A DNA stretch of 52,335 bases from NCBI GenBank assembly GCA_964399415.1, contig CAYNQW010000001.1:1-52335 (forward strand), read 5' to 3'. The stretch is from an uncultured Hyphomicrobiales bacterium. GTDB lineage: Bacteria > Pseudomonadota > Alphaproteobacteria > Puniceispirillales > UBA1172. Below, one piece after another: positions 27,962-37,154 of this stretch (position 1 is its first letter; every line of letters begins with the position of its first letter). The position numbers and the translations under genes are program-made. The notes beneath the pieces are model-generated. The model had not been told where the DNA came from. It saw only the letters and a program-made list of their open reading frames with translations, and searched no databases.

Positions 27962-28906
27962 TTAATCTTCGTCGCCCCTTGCGGCTTTAATGACCGCTAC
28001 AATCCGACGGTCACGTTCTGCAGCCATATCCTCAAAATGACGATCGCCTGCCATGGCGTTACACCCCTCGACCATAGCATTTCGCAGTTCCGTTGTAAGT
28101 TCTGGGGCTTCAAGGCGAGTCCAAGGCAGTTTAAGCGCCGGACCAAACTGATCAAGATTGGTGGCCATGCCACCTTCGCCACAGGCCACATGGAAAGCCA
28201 TGCACTGGCCTTGTATCGCCATGCGCGGCGCAGGACCAAACCGCAAAGCCCGATCAATATCTTCGGGGCTGGCTTCGCCATTGGCGACCATATGCAAGGC
28301 TTCGCGCCAAAGCGCTTCCTGCAGTCGGGTGGCAATAAAGCCTGGAATTTCCTTTTTGAGCAACAAAGGCTCTTTGCCCGCGATGCGGTAAAACTCCATC
28401 ACCCAATCAAGGGCATCGCTGGTGGTCAGCCGCCCCCCAACCACTTCGACCAAAGGCAATAGATATGGCGGGTTGAAAGGATGCCCAACCACGGTTCGTT
28501 CAGGGCTGGAGCATCGCGCTTGAATATCCGACATCGGCAGACCCGAAGTGCTGGAAGCGATCACCACCTCGGGCGGCACAATTTCCCCCAACTGGGCATA
28601 AAGTTCTTGCTTGATCTCGAGGCGTTCTGGCGCGGATTCCTGAACAAATTCAGTTCCAGCGACGGCATCTTCCAGATTATCTGTAACCGTCAAATTGCTG
28701 AGGCTGGCTCCTTCGGCAAGGCCAAGATCGACAAGACATGGCCAAGCCGTATCAAGGATTGATCGGAACGCCTTTTCTTCTTTCATGCTGTGAAGGTAAG
28801 CGCGAACCTGATACCCTCTTGCAAGAAAGAAAGCAGCCCAGCCTCCCCCAATTGGACCGGCACCTATGCTGGTGACGACCCGGACGTGTTGTGGATCTGG
28901 TCGCAT
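27962..28906 (-). CDS. lcdH: L-carnitine dehydrogenase (3-hydroxyacyl-CoA dehydrogenase fold)
   Basis: Rossmann motif IGAGPIGGGWAAFFLARGY, and NPPYLLPLVEVVGG. The ATG at 28906 lies 1 nt after the hydratase stop. The track ORF extends to 28969. Confidence 0.75.
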   Translation of the reverse strand: MRPDPQHVRVVTSIGAGPIGGGWAAFFLARGYQVRAYLHSMKEEKAFRSILDTAWPCLVDLGLAEGASLSNLTVTDNLEDAVAGTEFVQESAPERLEIKQELYAQLGEIVPPEVVIASSTSGLPMSDIQARCSSPERTVVGHPFNPPYLLPLVEVVGGRLTTSDALDWVMEFYRIAGKEPLLLKKEIPGFIATRLQEALWREALHMVANGEASPEDIDRALRFGPAPRMAIQGQCMAFHVACGEGGMATNLDQFGPALKLPWTRLEAPELTTELRNAMVEGCNAMAGDRHFEDMAAERDRRIVAVIKAARGDED

Positions 28907-28907
28907 G

Positions 28908-29711
28908 TTATTTTCCTTTGAAAACAGGTTCACGTTTTTCAACAAATGCTTTGATGCCCTCGGCGGCATCTTCTGATTTCAGCATCGCTCGATAGGTGGG
29001 CAGATCGTCTTTGCGCATACTGGAAAACGCCTGTTCAATAGGCTTGCACTCAATATGGCGGATGACTTCCTTTATAGACTGCATCGCAAGAGGCGCCGCC
29101 CAAGCCAATTGACCCGCCCATTCTCTCGCCTCATCCATCAGATTCTCATAAGGCACAACCTTGTTCACGAGACCGTAATGCGCGGCTTCATCTGCTTTCA
29201 TGCGCCGACCAAGAAACAGCATCTCCATGGCGATATTATGAGGAATACGTCGAGGAAGGCGCTGAATCGCTCCCGCATCTGGAATAATCCCAAGTGGCAT
29301 TTCCGGCAATGCAAACTCAACATGAGAAGCCGCGATAAGCAAATCGCACGAAAGCGCAATTTCAAATCCGCCCCCAATGACGAGGCCGTTGAGCGCGCCA
29401 ATCACCGGCTTGTTCAGCGACCAGTTTTCCGTCAGCCCCGCGAAGCCGCCTTCCCCATAATCGCCATCATCCCACCATTCGTCGAGCTGCGCCTCACCAG
29501 CATCCAGCGACTTAAGATCCCAGCCTGCGGAAAAAATGCGATCGCCTTCAGCGGTGATAATCCCAACACGAAGGTCATTATCTTTTCTAAGTTCAGCAAA
29601 AGCTTCAGCAAGAGCACGGCTCATTTCATGATCAATTGCATTCACTTTTGGCTTGTTCAGCTTCACTTCAAGCACATGGCCGTGGCGTTCGACTTCAACG
29701 GTATTGGACAT
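28908..29711 (-). CDS. caiD: carnitinyl-CoA dehydratase / crotonobetainyl-CoA hydratase (crotonase fold)
   Basis: 267 aa, collinear with E. coli CaiD as I recall it: NKPKVNAID, RVGIITAEGDRIFSAGWDLK, GGFAGLTE, GGGFEIALSCD, SEDAAEGIKAFVEKREPVFKGK. Confidence 0.82.
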   Translation of the reverse strand: MSNTVEVERHGHVLEVKLNKPKVNAIDHEMSRALAEAFAELRKDNDLRVGIITAEGDRIFSAGWDLKSLDAGEAQLDEWWDDGDYGEGGFAGLTENWSLNKPVIGALNGLVIGGGFEIALSCDLLIAASHVEFALPEMPLGIIPDAGAIQRLPRRIPHNIAMEMLFLGRRMKADEAAHYGLVNKVVPYENLMDEAREWAGQLAWAAPLAMQSIKEVIRHIECKPIEQAFSSMRKDDLPTYRAMLKSEDAAEGIKAFVEKREPVFKGK

Positions 29712-29742
29712 TCTTGTCTCCGAATTTCCGAGTTAAATTTTG

Positions 29743-29786
29743 TCAGGTGAAAGCGGGCATAACCACCGCATGAAACCCTCACCTGA
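29743..29786. promoter_or_regulatory. 8-bp inverted repeat TCAGGTGA-N28-TCACCTGA with inner GCGG/CCGC pairing, in the caiD-proX divergent region
   Basis: Read directly. Lies 32 nt upstream of the caiD-like start codon. Could be an operator or a 5'-leader stem. Confidence 0.35.
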
Positions 29787-29839
29787 TCTTCTCTGCTCTT
29801 TTGTGATTCTGAAATGAAAAACAATCCGAAAAAGCAATT

Positions 29840-29869
29840 TTTTTGACAAAGTTTTAAAATTTTTGACAA
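29840..29869 (+). promoter_or_regulatory. duplicated TTTTTGACAA boxes 20 bp apart (candidate -35 elements / activator sites for proXVW)
   Basis: TTGACA at 29843-29848 and 29863-29868. I could not find a convincing -10 hexamer at 17 nt, hence the low confidence. Confidence 0.3.
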
Positions 29870-29992
29870 TTACAGGCATCAAAAATAAGGCCATCACCAA
29901 CTTAAGTGATTGAGAAAACGAAAAAATTGTGCCTTGCATATTTTTTCTACTTATGGATGAATAGACGGATAAATCATATAGGGAGGATTGAT

Positions 29993-30952
29993 ATGATTAG
30001 CAAAATAACCAAGAATATTATGGCAGGGACAGTTTGTTCTGCCCTTCTAGCGCCCGTCGCTTTTGCAGCTGATGTTGTGATTGGGGTTCCCAATTGGCCA
30101 TCAGTGCGAGTGACCGCGCATGTCCTTAAAGTGGCAATCGAAGAAAACCTTGGCCTTGAAGTTGAACTGCAGAACGGCACGAATCCAGTTGTTTTTGAAG
30201 CCATGGATGCAGGTTCCATGCATGTCCACCCTGAAGTTTGGCTTCCCAATCAAACAAACCTCCATAACAAGTATGTGAAAGATAATAAGACTGTTCGCAT
30301 TAATCCCAATGGTGTTGCGGGTGATCAGGCCATGTGCGTAACCAAAGGCACGTCAGATCGGACCGGCATCAAGGAATTGGCTGAACTTTCTAACCCAGAT
30401 ATGGCAAAGAATTTCGACACTGACGGTGACGGCAGAGGCGAAATTTGGATTGGCGCCGCCGGTTGGGCTTCTACAAACGTCGAAAAGATTCGCGCAAAAT
30501 CCTATGGCTATAATGAAACCATGCAGCTCAAGGAAATGGACGAATCACTTGCGCTTGCTGAAGTTGATGCTGCCGTTTCCGGCAACAAAAATATCGTGTT
30601 CTTCTGCTACACGCCGCATCATATGTTTGCGCTTCATGAATTGGTGATTCTGAAAGAACCAAAACACGACCCCGCCAAATGGAATGTAAAGCAACCCACC
30701 GATGGTGCGGATTGGCTTGAAGTTTCAGAAGCAGGCGTTGCTTGGGATACGGCTTATCTGCATATTCACTATGCCGCCAATCTAGAGTCTAATCACCCAC
30801 AAGCCGCCAAATTGCTTGGCAGCGCAAAGTTCGACACGGATACAATTTCACAAATGACCTACGCGGTTGTTGTTGAAAAGCAAGATCCTGCAGTTTTTGC
30901 GAAAGATTGGGTCAGCAAAAACGGTGATGCCGTCGATAGTTGGCTGAAGTAA
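29993..30952 (+). CDS. proX: glycine betaine/carnitine-type ABC substrate-binding protein (ProX/OpuAC fold)
   Basis: The ATG at 29993 is preceded by GGGAGG. Signal peptide MISKITKNIMAGTVCSALLAPVAFA. Mature N-terminus VVIGVPNWPSVRVTAHVL is typical of the family. The track ORF starts at 29906. Confidence 0.82.
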   Translation: MISKITKNIMAGTVCSALLAPVAFAADVVIGVPNWPSVRVTAHVLKVAIEENLGLEVELQNGTNPVVFEAMDAGSMHVHPEVWLPNQTNLHNKYVKDNKTVRINPNGVAGDQAMCVTKGTSDRTGIKELAELSNPDMAKNFDTDGDGRGEIWIGAAGWASTNVEKIRAKSYGYNETMQLKEMDESLALAEVDAAVSGNKNIVFFCYTPHHMFALHELVILKEPKHDPAKWNVKQPTDGADWLEVSEAGVAWDTAYLHIHYAANLESNHPQAAKLLGSAKFDTDTISQMTYAVVVEKQDPAVFAKDWVSKNGDAVDSWLK

Positions 30953-30968
30953 ATCGCCTAAATCTCAC

Positions 30969-31004
30969 GAATGGCAGCGTGAATATAAACGCTGCCATTC
31001 TTTC
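30969..31004 (+). terminator. 12-bp perfect hairpin after proX (attenuator/terminator)
   Basis: GAATGGCAGCGT-gaatataa-ACGCTGCCATTC followed by TTTC. 17 nt after the proX stop. Confidence 0.6.
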
Positions 31005-31086
31005 AAAAAGTCCATCAATACATTTTTTATTTTTGACGCGCCCTATTTCCGACAAGTGTTGATGATAAACCAGAGAGACTTTAATC

Positions 31087-32148
31087 ATGAATGCAACTTC
31101 ATCCGATGATATGATCGTTCTGGAAAATGTCTGGAAGATATTTGGCCATAATGCTGATGAAGCGATGCGGGCAATCAAAGAACGCAACCTCACCAAAAAT
31201 GAAGTTTTGCATGAGTTTGGATGCGTTGTTGGAATCGCTGATTGTTCCTTTTCTGTTCGCAAAGGCGAAGTCTTCTGTGTCATGGGCCTTTCTGGTTCCG
31301 GCAAATCAACAATGGTTCGTCACCTCAATAGATTAATTGAACCGACAGCAGGAAGCATTGAAGTCCTTGGGCGTGATATGCTTGCGCTCAATGACGCTGA
31401 CCTCCGAGAAATGAGGGCAAGAGACATTGGCATGGTCTTTCAGCATATGGCTCTGCTTCCGCATCGTACGGTCAGGGACAATGTCGCCTTCCCCTTGCAA
31501 ATTAGAGGCGAGTCTAAATCCAAGCGTTGGGAAGTCTCACAACGTTGCCTCAGCATGGTTAACTTAGATGGTTTTGAAGACCGCTTCCCCAGTGAATTAT
31601 CCGGCGGCATGCAACAACGGGTTGGCCTAGCCCGAGCGCTAGCCTCTGATCCAAATGTTCTGCTCATGGATGAACCGTTTTCAGCCCTTGATCCACTTAT
31701 TCGCCGTCAACTTCAAGATCAGTTTATGGAACTTTCGCAGAAACTTCATAAAACAACTGTCTTTATTACCCATGATCTTGATGAGGCCATCCGCATTGGC
31801 GATCGTATTGCCATCATGAAAGATGGCCGCATTGTTCAGATTGGAACACCGGAAGAAATTGTTACACAGCCTGTTGATGATTATGTCCGTGATTTTGTCG
31901 AAGGCATTTCAAAACTCAAACTGGTTTTCGCCCATTCGATTATGATACCAATCGCAGAATTCAAACCTCAATCTGGGCAAAATATGGCCAAAGCACCTCG
32001 TGCAAACCATGCCGACAGCCTTGATGCTTTGATTGATATTTCCGCAACCACCGAACAACCCATCGTGATTGTGGATGATCATGACCAAGCGATCGGTGTT
32101 GTTGACAAGACAACCCTTCTTAAAGGGATACAGGGAGGCAAAGCATGA
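31087..32148 (+). CDS. proV: betaine-type ABC transporter ATPase with C-terminal CBS region
   Basis: [24 protein letters not shown] and LLMDEPFSALD, with a ~90-aa C-terminal regulatory extension. Confidence 0.9.
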   Translation: MNATSSDDMIVLENVWKIFGHNADEAMRAIKERNLTKNEVLHEFGCVVGIADCSFSVRKGEVFCVMGLSGSGKSTMVRHLNRLIEPTAGSIEVLGRDMLALNDADLREMRARDIGMVFQHMALLPHRTVRDNVAFPLQIRGESKSKRWEVSQRCLSMVNLDGFEDRFPSELSGGMQQRVGLARALASDPNVLLMDEPFSALDPLIRRQLQDQFMELSQKLHKTTVFITHDLDEAIRIGDRIAIMKDGRIVQIGTPEEIVTQPVDDYVRDFVEGISKLKLVFAHSIMIPIAEFKPQSGQNMAKAPRANHADSLDALIDISATTEQPIVIVDDHDQAIGVVDKTTLLKGIQGGKA

Positions 32149-33701
32149 CCGCACCTGTCGACAAGAATAGCCTTGCCGCCTCGATTGATAAATTCGCGGA
32201 TAGCAACGCAGATTTTTACAGTCGGGAATTCAAACGAATTCAGGAAGCAGAAGGCATCGTCTTCTCTTGGAACAGCATGGCGGCTGTTTTTGGGCCGTTA
32301 TGGGGAGCGATGCGCGGCATCTGGGGATTTTTCTGGGTCTTTCTCGTGCTTGAAATGTTTGCCTTGGTTCAGATTGGCCGCGGCTTATGGGGTGAACTTG
32401 GTGCGGACAAACTGGAACGATACGACAGATTAATTGCCAATATCGCAAAACGTGAATCGCAAGCGGCAGAATTGCTGGCCGCAGGCGATGCCGCTGGCGC
32501 TGAAGGCAAACTTAAGATCGCAACAAACCTTAAAAAAGCCGCCGAAACAGCCCTTCTGGATGCGGAAGCCGCAGCGGCACAGGCCACCACAGTTTTGTTG
32601 ATGGGCATTGCAGTGTTCATGCTTGTGAAAATACTTGAAGGTTTTTATGCAAATTATGCTTATGAACGCCAATATCTAAAATGGCGGTCAAACCCCTCCA
32701 TCCAATCTGGCATCAGCATTCAGGGAAGCCTCTGGGGCATTGTGCTGGTGATCTGTATCATTCCCCTTACGTTGATCCGCTTTACGGTGGTTAAAACGGA
32801 TGAAATCCTTGCTTCATTTACCGGCGGCGTTCTTGGCGAGCGGTTGCCCATGACCGAATTCCCCGTCGGCAAGGAATATTTCACCATTCTTTCCGCCTAT
32901 GGTGATCAAGGTTTTGACTGGTTAGCGGATCGTTTCGGTGGTGTCTTTGATGGCATCACTCAAATGATTAGGGCGGTTCTTAACAGCATCGAAATCCTGC
33001 TCATTGGCACGCCTTGGCCGGTGGTGATGGTTGTGATCATCGTCGCGGCCTTCCGTCTGGCCGGGGTGAGGGTTGCCATCTTCACCACCGCCGCGCTGGC
33101 CTATCTTGCGTTCATGGGCTTGTGGGAAATCGCCATGATTACCGTTGCGCTGATTGGCACTGGAGCCTTTCTTTGTGTCTTGTTTGGAATCCCATTGGGC
33201 ATTTGGTTTGGGAAAAGTCAGCGCGCCTATAGCACGGCTGAACCTGTATTGGATTTCATGCAGACCATGCCTGCCTTTGTCTACCTCATCCCAATCATTG
33301 CGTTTTTTGGGACCGGCAAACCACCCGGCGTATTGGCAACTCTCATCTTTGCGATGCCGCCCGTGATACGACTAACCGCTCTCGGTATGCGCGGCGTCCC
33401 TGAAACCACCAAAGAAGCCGCGCTCGCCTTTGGATGCTCGCGATGGCAACTGCTCTGGAATGTGGAATTGCCATTGGCCATGCCGTCCATCATGACAGGC
33501 ATAAACCAAACAATCCTGATGAGCCTTTCCATGGTGGTGATCGCATCGCTGATCGGCGCGGAAGGCCTCGGGGCATTGATTCTCGAAGCCCTGCAATATG
33601 CCGCTAAAGGTCAGGGGCTACTCGGAGGATTAGCCATCCTGTTCTGCGCGATGGTCATTGATCGTGTGGCGCAAGGCGCTTACAGAAAACGCAAGGATTG
33701 A
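32145..33701 (+). CDS. proW: betaine-type ABC permease with ~270-aa N-terminal membrane/coiled-coil extension
   Basis: 518 aa. The ProW core runs from about residue 275 (includes PAFVYLIPIIAFFGTGKPPGVLAT). The N-terminus has a DUF2628-like WGxxWxxxR segment, TM helices and an Ala-rich helix. Confidence 0.85.
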   Translation: MTAPVDKNSLAASIDKFADSNADFYSREFKRIQEAEGIVFSWNSMAAVFGPLWGAMRGIWGFFWVFLVLEMFALVQIGRGLWGELGADKLERYDRLIANIAKRESQAAELLAAGDAAGAEGKLKIATNLKKAAETALLDAEAAAAQATTVLLMGIAVFMLVKILEGFYANYAYERQYLKWRSNPSIQSGISIQGSLWGIVLVICIIPLTLIRFTVVKTDEILASFTGGVLGERLPMTEFPVGKEYFTILSAYGDQGFDWLADRFGGVFDGITQMIRAVLNSIEILLIGTPWPVVMVVIIVAAFRLAGVRVAIFTTAALAYLAFMGLWEIAMITVALIGTGAFLCVLFGIPLGIWFGKSQRAYSTAEPVLDFMQTMPAFVYLIPIIAFFGTGKPPGVLATLIFAMPPVIRLTALGMRGVPETTKEAALAFGCSRWQLLWNVELPLAMPSIMTGINQTILMSLSMVVIASLIGAEGLGALILEALQYAAKGQGLLGGLAILFCAMVIDRVAQGAYRKRKD

Positions 33702-33733
33702 CCGCCTAAACTGGCGGCCTCACTCTCTAGCCG

Positions 33734-35041
33734 CTATATATCGAGGGTGTTTTCCTTCTCCCAACTGGAGAAATGCGACACATAGGAATTCCACTCTTGC
33801 ATCTTTAACTTCAGGTAAGAGGCGGAAAACTCCTCGCCCATGGCGGCTTTTAAGCCCTTGTCTTTATCATAGGCGCGCAAGGCATCCAGCAGATTAAGCG
33901 GCAGTTTTGGCGCGCCCTTAATCTTGTGGCCTTCGGCATACATATCAATATCATATCGTTTTCCTGGGTCAGCCTTTGTGCGCAAACCGTCTAGCCCCGC
34001 AGCAATGATGATGGATTGCAACAGGTATGGATTAGCGGCGCCATCAGGCAGCCGAAGTTCAAACCGCCCAGGGCCAGGCACGCGCACCATATGCGTGCGG
34101 TTGTTACTGGTCCAAGTGACGGTGTTTGGAGCCCATGTTGCTCCTGATATGGTCCGCGGGGCATTGATCCGCTTGTAGCTGTTCACCGTTGGGTTGGTGA
34201 TCGCCGCAAGCGCACTCGCATGTTTCATAATACCGCCCAGAAAATTACGCCCTTTTTCTGAAAGCCCCAATTCCATGCCATCATCAGCAAACGCATTTGA
34301 TTTGCCGTCTTTATCCCATACAGAAATATGAACATGACAGCCATTGCCCGTCAGGCCTTCGATAGGTTTCGGCATAAAGGTTGCCCGATAGCCATTCTTT
34401 TCAGCAACAGACTTGGTCATGAACTTGAAAAAACTGTGCTTATCAGCGGTGTTCATGACGTCATCATATTCCCAGTTCATTTCAAACTGGCCATTGGCAT
34501 CTTCGTGATCGTTCTGATAAGGCTTCCAACCAAGCGCGAGCATATAATCACAAATTTCAGCAATGACATCATACCGGCGCATGACCGCCTGTTGATCGTA
34601 GCATGGTTTAGGGCTGGTATCGAATTCATCGGAAATTTGGTTGCCATCTGGTGTCAGCAGAAAGAATTCGGCCTCAACGCCAGTCTTCACCCTAAGCCCT
34701 TCGCTGGCCGCTTCATCAATAAGTTTGCTCAACACATTACGCGGGGCTTGTTCAACCTTTTTGCCGTCCATGACGCAATTCGCGGCGACCCAAGCAACAT
34801 CAGGCTTCCACGGCAGTTGTATCACCGATGCGGGATCAGGCACCGCCAGCATGTCAGGATGCGCTGGGGTCATGTCAAGCCAAGTCGCAAACCCAGCAAA
34901 TCCAGCGCCTTCCTCCTGCATATCGGCAATGGCTTGCGCCGGAACAAGTTTGGCGCGCTGCCCACCAAAGAGATCAGTAAAGGAAATCATAAAATATTTA
35001 ATGCCCTTCTCCCGGGCAAAATCCGCAAGATTAATACTCAT
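33734..35041 (-). CDS. gmaS: gamma-glutamylmethylamide synthetase (glutamine synthetase type III-like)
   Basis: 435 aa GS catalytic domain (GNGCHVHISVWD, NSYKRI). Immediately downstream of mgsABC. Confidence 0.8.
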   Translation of the reverse strand: MSINLADFAREKGIKYFMISFTDLFGGQRAKLVPAQAIADMQEEGAGFAGFATWLDMTPAHPDMLAVPDPASVIQLPWKPDVAWVAANCVMDGKKVEQAPRNVLSKLIDEAASEGLRVKTGVEAEFFLLTPDGNQISDEFDTSPKPCYDQQAVMRRYDVIAEICDYMLALGWKPYQNDHEDANGQFEMNWEYDDVMNTADKHSFFKFMTKSVAEKNGYRATFMPKPIEGLTGNGCHVHISVWDKDGKSNAFADDGMELGLSEKGRNFLGGIMKHASALAAITNPTVNSYKRINAPRTISGATWAPNTVTWTSNNRTHMVRVPGPGRFELRLPDGAANPYLLQSIIIAAGLDGLRTKADPGKRYDIDMYAEGHKIKGAPKLPLNLLDALRAYDKDKGLKAAMGEEFSASYLKLKMQEWNSYVSHFSSWEKENTLDI

Positions 35042-35118
35042 CTTTATCTTTCCTCCATGTTTAATTTGCTTTCACATCCGGCTCGTTATCCGTCCGGTGA
35101 TAAGAATTATTCTGACTT

Positions 35119-36459
35119 CTAAAAGTTTCCTTGCCCGGGTATCCAGTTGGTTCCAGCAAGCGGCACCCCAGCCATGGCCGAGGCTTCAATGGTAAGAGCG
35201 CAAAGGTCTTCTGGTTCCAGATTATTCACGTGGCTCTTGCCGCAAGCTCTAGCAATGGTCTGTGCTTCCAGCGTCATCACCTTAAGATAATTGCGCAAAC
35301 GCCTACCCCCTGCAATAGGATCAAGCCGTGACATAAGTTCAGGGTCTTGAGTGGTGATCCCAGCCGGGTCACGTCCCTCATGCCAGTCGTCATAAGCCCC
35401 TGCGGTTGTGCCTAACTTTTTATATTCCTCTTCCCAAACAGGGTTATTATCCCCAAGGGCAATCAGCGCCGCGCTGCCGATCGAAACCGCATCCGCCCCT
35501 AACGCCAACGCTTTGGCAACATCTGCCCCTGTCCTAATCCCGCCAGAGACAATCAATTGAACTTCGCGGTGCATATCCAAATCCTGCAAAGCCTTTACCG
35601 CAGGGCGAATGCAAGCAAGGGTTGGCTGCCCCACATGCTCAATGAAAACATCTTGGGTTGCAGCGGTTCCGCCCTGCATCCCGTCAATAACAACGACATC
35701 AGCCCCAGCCTTGACCGCAAGCGTGGTGTCAAAATACGGGCGCGCACCACCAATTTTGACATAGATGGGCTTTTCCCAATTGGTGATCTCACGTATTTCC
35801 AAAATCTTAATCTCAAGATCATCAGGCCCCGTCCAATCAGGATGACGGCAAGCGGAACGCTGATCAATACCGGCGGGAAGATCACGCATACCCGCAACAC
35901 GGTCGCTGATCTTCTGCCCCAAGAGCATACCGCCGCCACCAGGTTTTGCCCCTTGCCCCACCACCACTTCAATCGCGTCAGCACGGCGCAAATCATCAGG
36001 GTTCATGCCATATCGTGAGGGCAAATACTGATAAACAAGCAGTTTGGAATGCCCACGTTCTTCTTCAGTCATGCCGCCATCGCCTGTGGTCGTGGATGTT
36101 CCGGCCATGGTTGCGCCGCGACCAAGCGCTTCCTTAGCCGCCCCCGAAAGCGCGCCAAAACTCATCCCAGCAATAGTGATGGGAATATCCAGTTCGATGG
36201 GAGTCTTGGCGAATCTTGTGCCAAGGGTGACGTTCGTTGCGCATTTTTCACGGTACCCTTCAAGGGGATAACGTGAGATCGACGCGCCAAGAAAGAGCAG
36301 ATCATCAAAATGGGGGAGTTTGCGCTTTGCGCCACCACCGCGAATATCATAAATGCCCGTCGCGGCGGCTCGCCTGATCTCAGCATTGATAGGATCGGTG
36401 AACGTCGCGGATTTAATCGGCTCGGTCGAAGGAATTGCCTTTTTTCTTGCATCATCCAT
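35119..36459 (-). CDS. mgsC: N-methylglutamate synthase subunit C (FMN-binding GltB-like domain)
   Basis: 446 aa glutamate-synthase central-domain homologue (VVGQGAKPGGGG, GGTAAT...). Third gene of the amidotransferase/GXGXG/FMN triad. Confidence 0.82.
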   Translation of the reverse strand: MDDARKKAIPSTEPIKSATFTDPINAEIRRAAATGIYDIRGGGAKRKLPHFDDLLFLGASISRYPLEGYREKCATNVTLGTRFAKTPIELDIPITIAGMSFGALSGAAKEALGRGATMAGTSTTTGDGGMTEEERGHSKLLVYQYLPSRYGMNPDDLRRADAIEVVVGQGAKPGGGGMLLGQKISDRVAGMRDLPAGIDQRSACRHPDWTGPDDLEIKILEIREITNWEKPIYVKIGGARPYFDTTLAVKAGADVVVIDGMQGGTAATQDVFIEHVGQPTLACIRPAVKALQDLDMHREVQLIVSGGIRTGADVAKALALGADAVSIGSAALIALGDNNPVWEEEYKKLGTTAGAYDDWHEGRDPAGITTQDPELMSRLDPIAGGRRLRNYLKVMTLEAQTIARACGKSHVNNLEPEDLCALTIEASAMAGVPLAGTNWIPGQGNF

Positions 36460-36469
36460 GGTGCATCTC

Positions 36470-37153
36470 TCAATAACTATCAGCGTTGTCGATATCGAAA
36501 TGATAAAGTTTGCGGGCAGACCCGTAGCGCTTAAATTCCTCAGGCTTAGCCTCTACCCCGGCTTCCGCAAAAAGCGTGGTTAGGAGTTCCAAATGCTCTG
36601 GTCGCATTTCTTTTTCTATGCAGTCAGCGCCAAGACTTTTGACCGACCCGCGAACAAAAATTTGCGCTTCATAAAGGGAATCGCCAAGGGCTTCACCAGC
36701 GTCGCCAAGGACAACCAAATTGCCTTTCTGCGCCATGAAAGCCGACATATGGCCAATATTTCCTTGAACCACAATATTAATCCCTTTCATGGAAATCCCA
36801 CATCGAGACGCGGCGTTTCCTTTGATCACCAATAGACCGCCCCGCCCTGTTGCGCCTGCGTACTGGCTGGCATCACCTTCGACGACAACCTTTCCAGACA
36901 TCATGTTTTCGGCAACACCGGGACCCGCAGAACCATCAACGATGATGGTCGCTTGTTTATTCATCCCGCCGCAATAATACCCCGTTGACCCCTTGATCGT
37001 CACCTCAATGGGGGCGTCAAGACCAACGGCGATGGCATGACTGCCGCGCGGATTGATCACCTCCCAGGTTTTCTGATTGGTGTCATCGCCTAGCGCATGC
37101 AGGGTTTGGTTAAGTTTGCGTAGCCCTTCGGCTTCAAGATCAAAATGCTGCAT
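36470..37153 (-). CDS. mgsB: N-methylglutamate synthase subunit B (GXGXG beta-helix domain)
   Basis: 227 aa with repeated G-x-G-x-G turns (GSTGYYCGG, GSAGPGVAE, GDASQYAGA). Confidence 0.82.
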   Translation of the reverse strand: MQHFDLEAEGLRKLNQTLHALGDDTNQKTWEVINPRGSHAIAVGLDAPIEVTIKGSTGYYCGGMNKQATIIVDGSAGPGVAENMMSGKVVVEGDASQYAGATGRGGLLVIKGNAASRCGISMKGINIVVQGNIGHMSAFMAQKGNLVVLGDAGEALGDSLYEAQIFVRGSVKSLGADCIEKEMRPEHLELLTTLFAEAGVEAKPEEFKRYGSARKLYHFDIDNADSY

Positions 37154-37154
37154 C

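Noticed and set aside
33702-33733. Possible bidirectional terminator between proW and gmaS (CCGCC-taaact-GGCGG)
   Set aside because: The stem is only 5 bp with no flanking T/A tracts. That is too weak to call.
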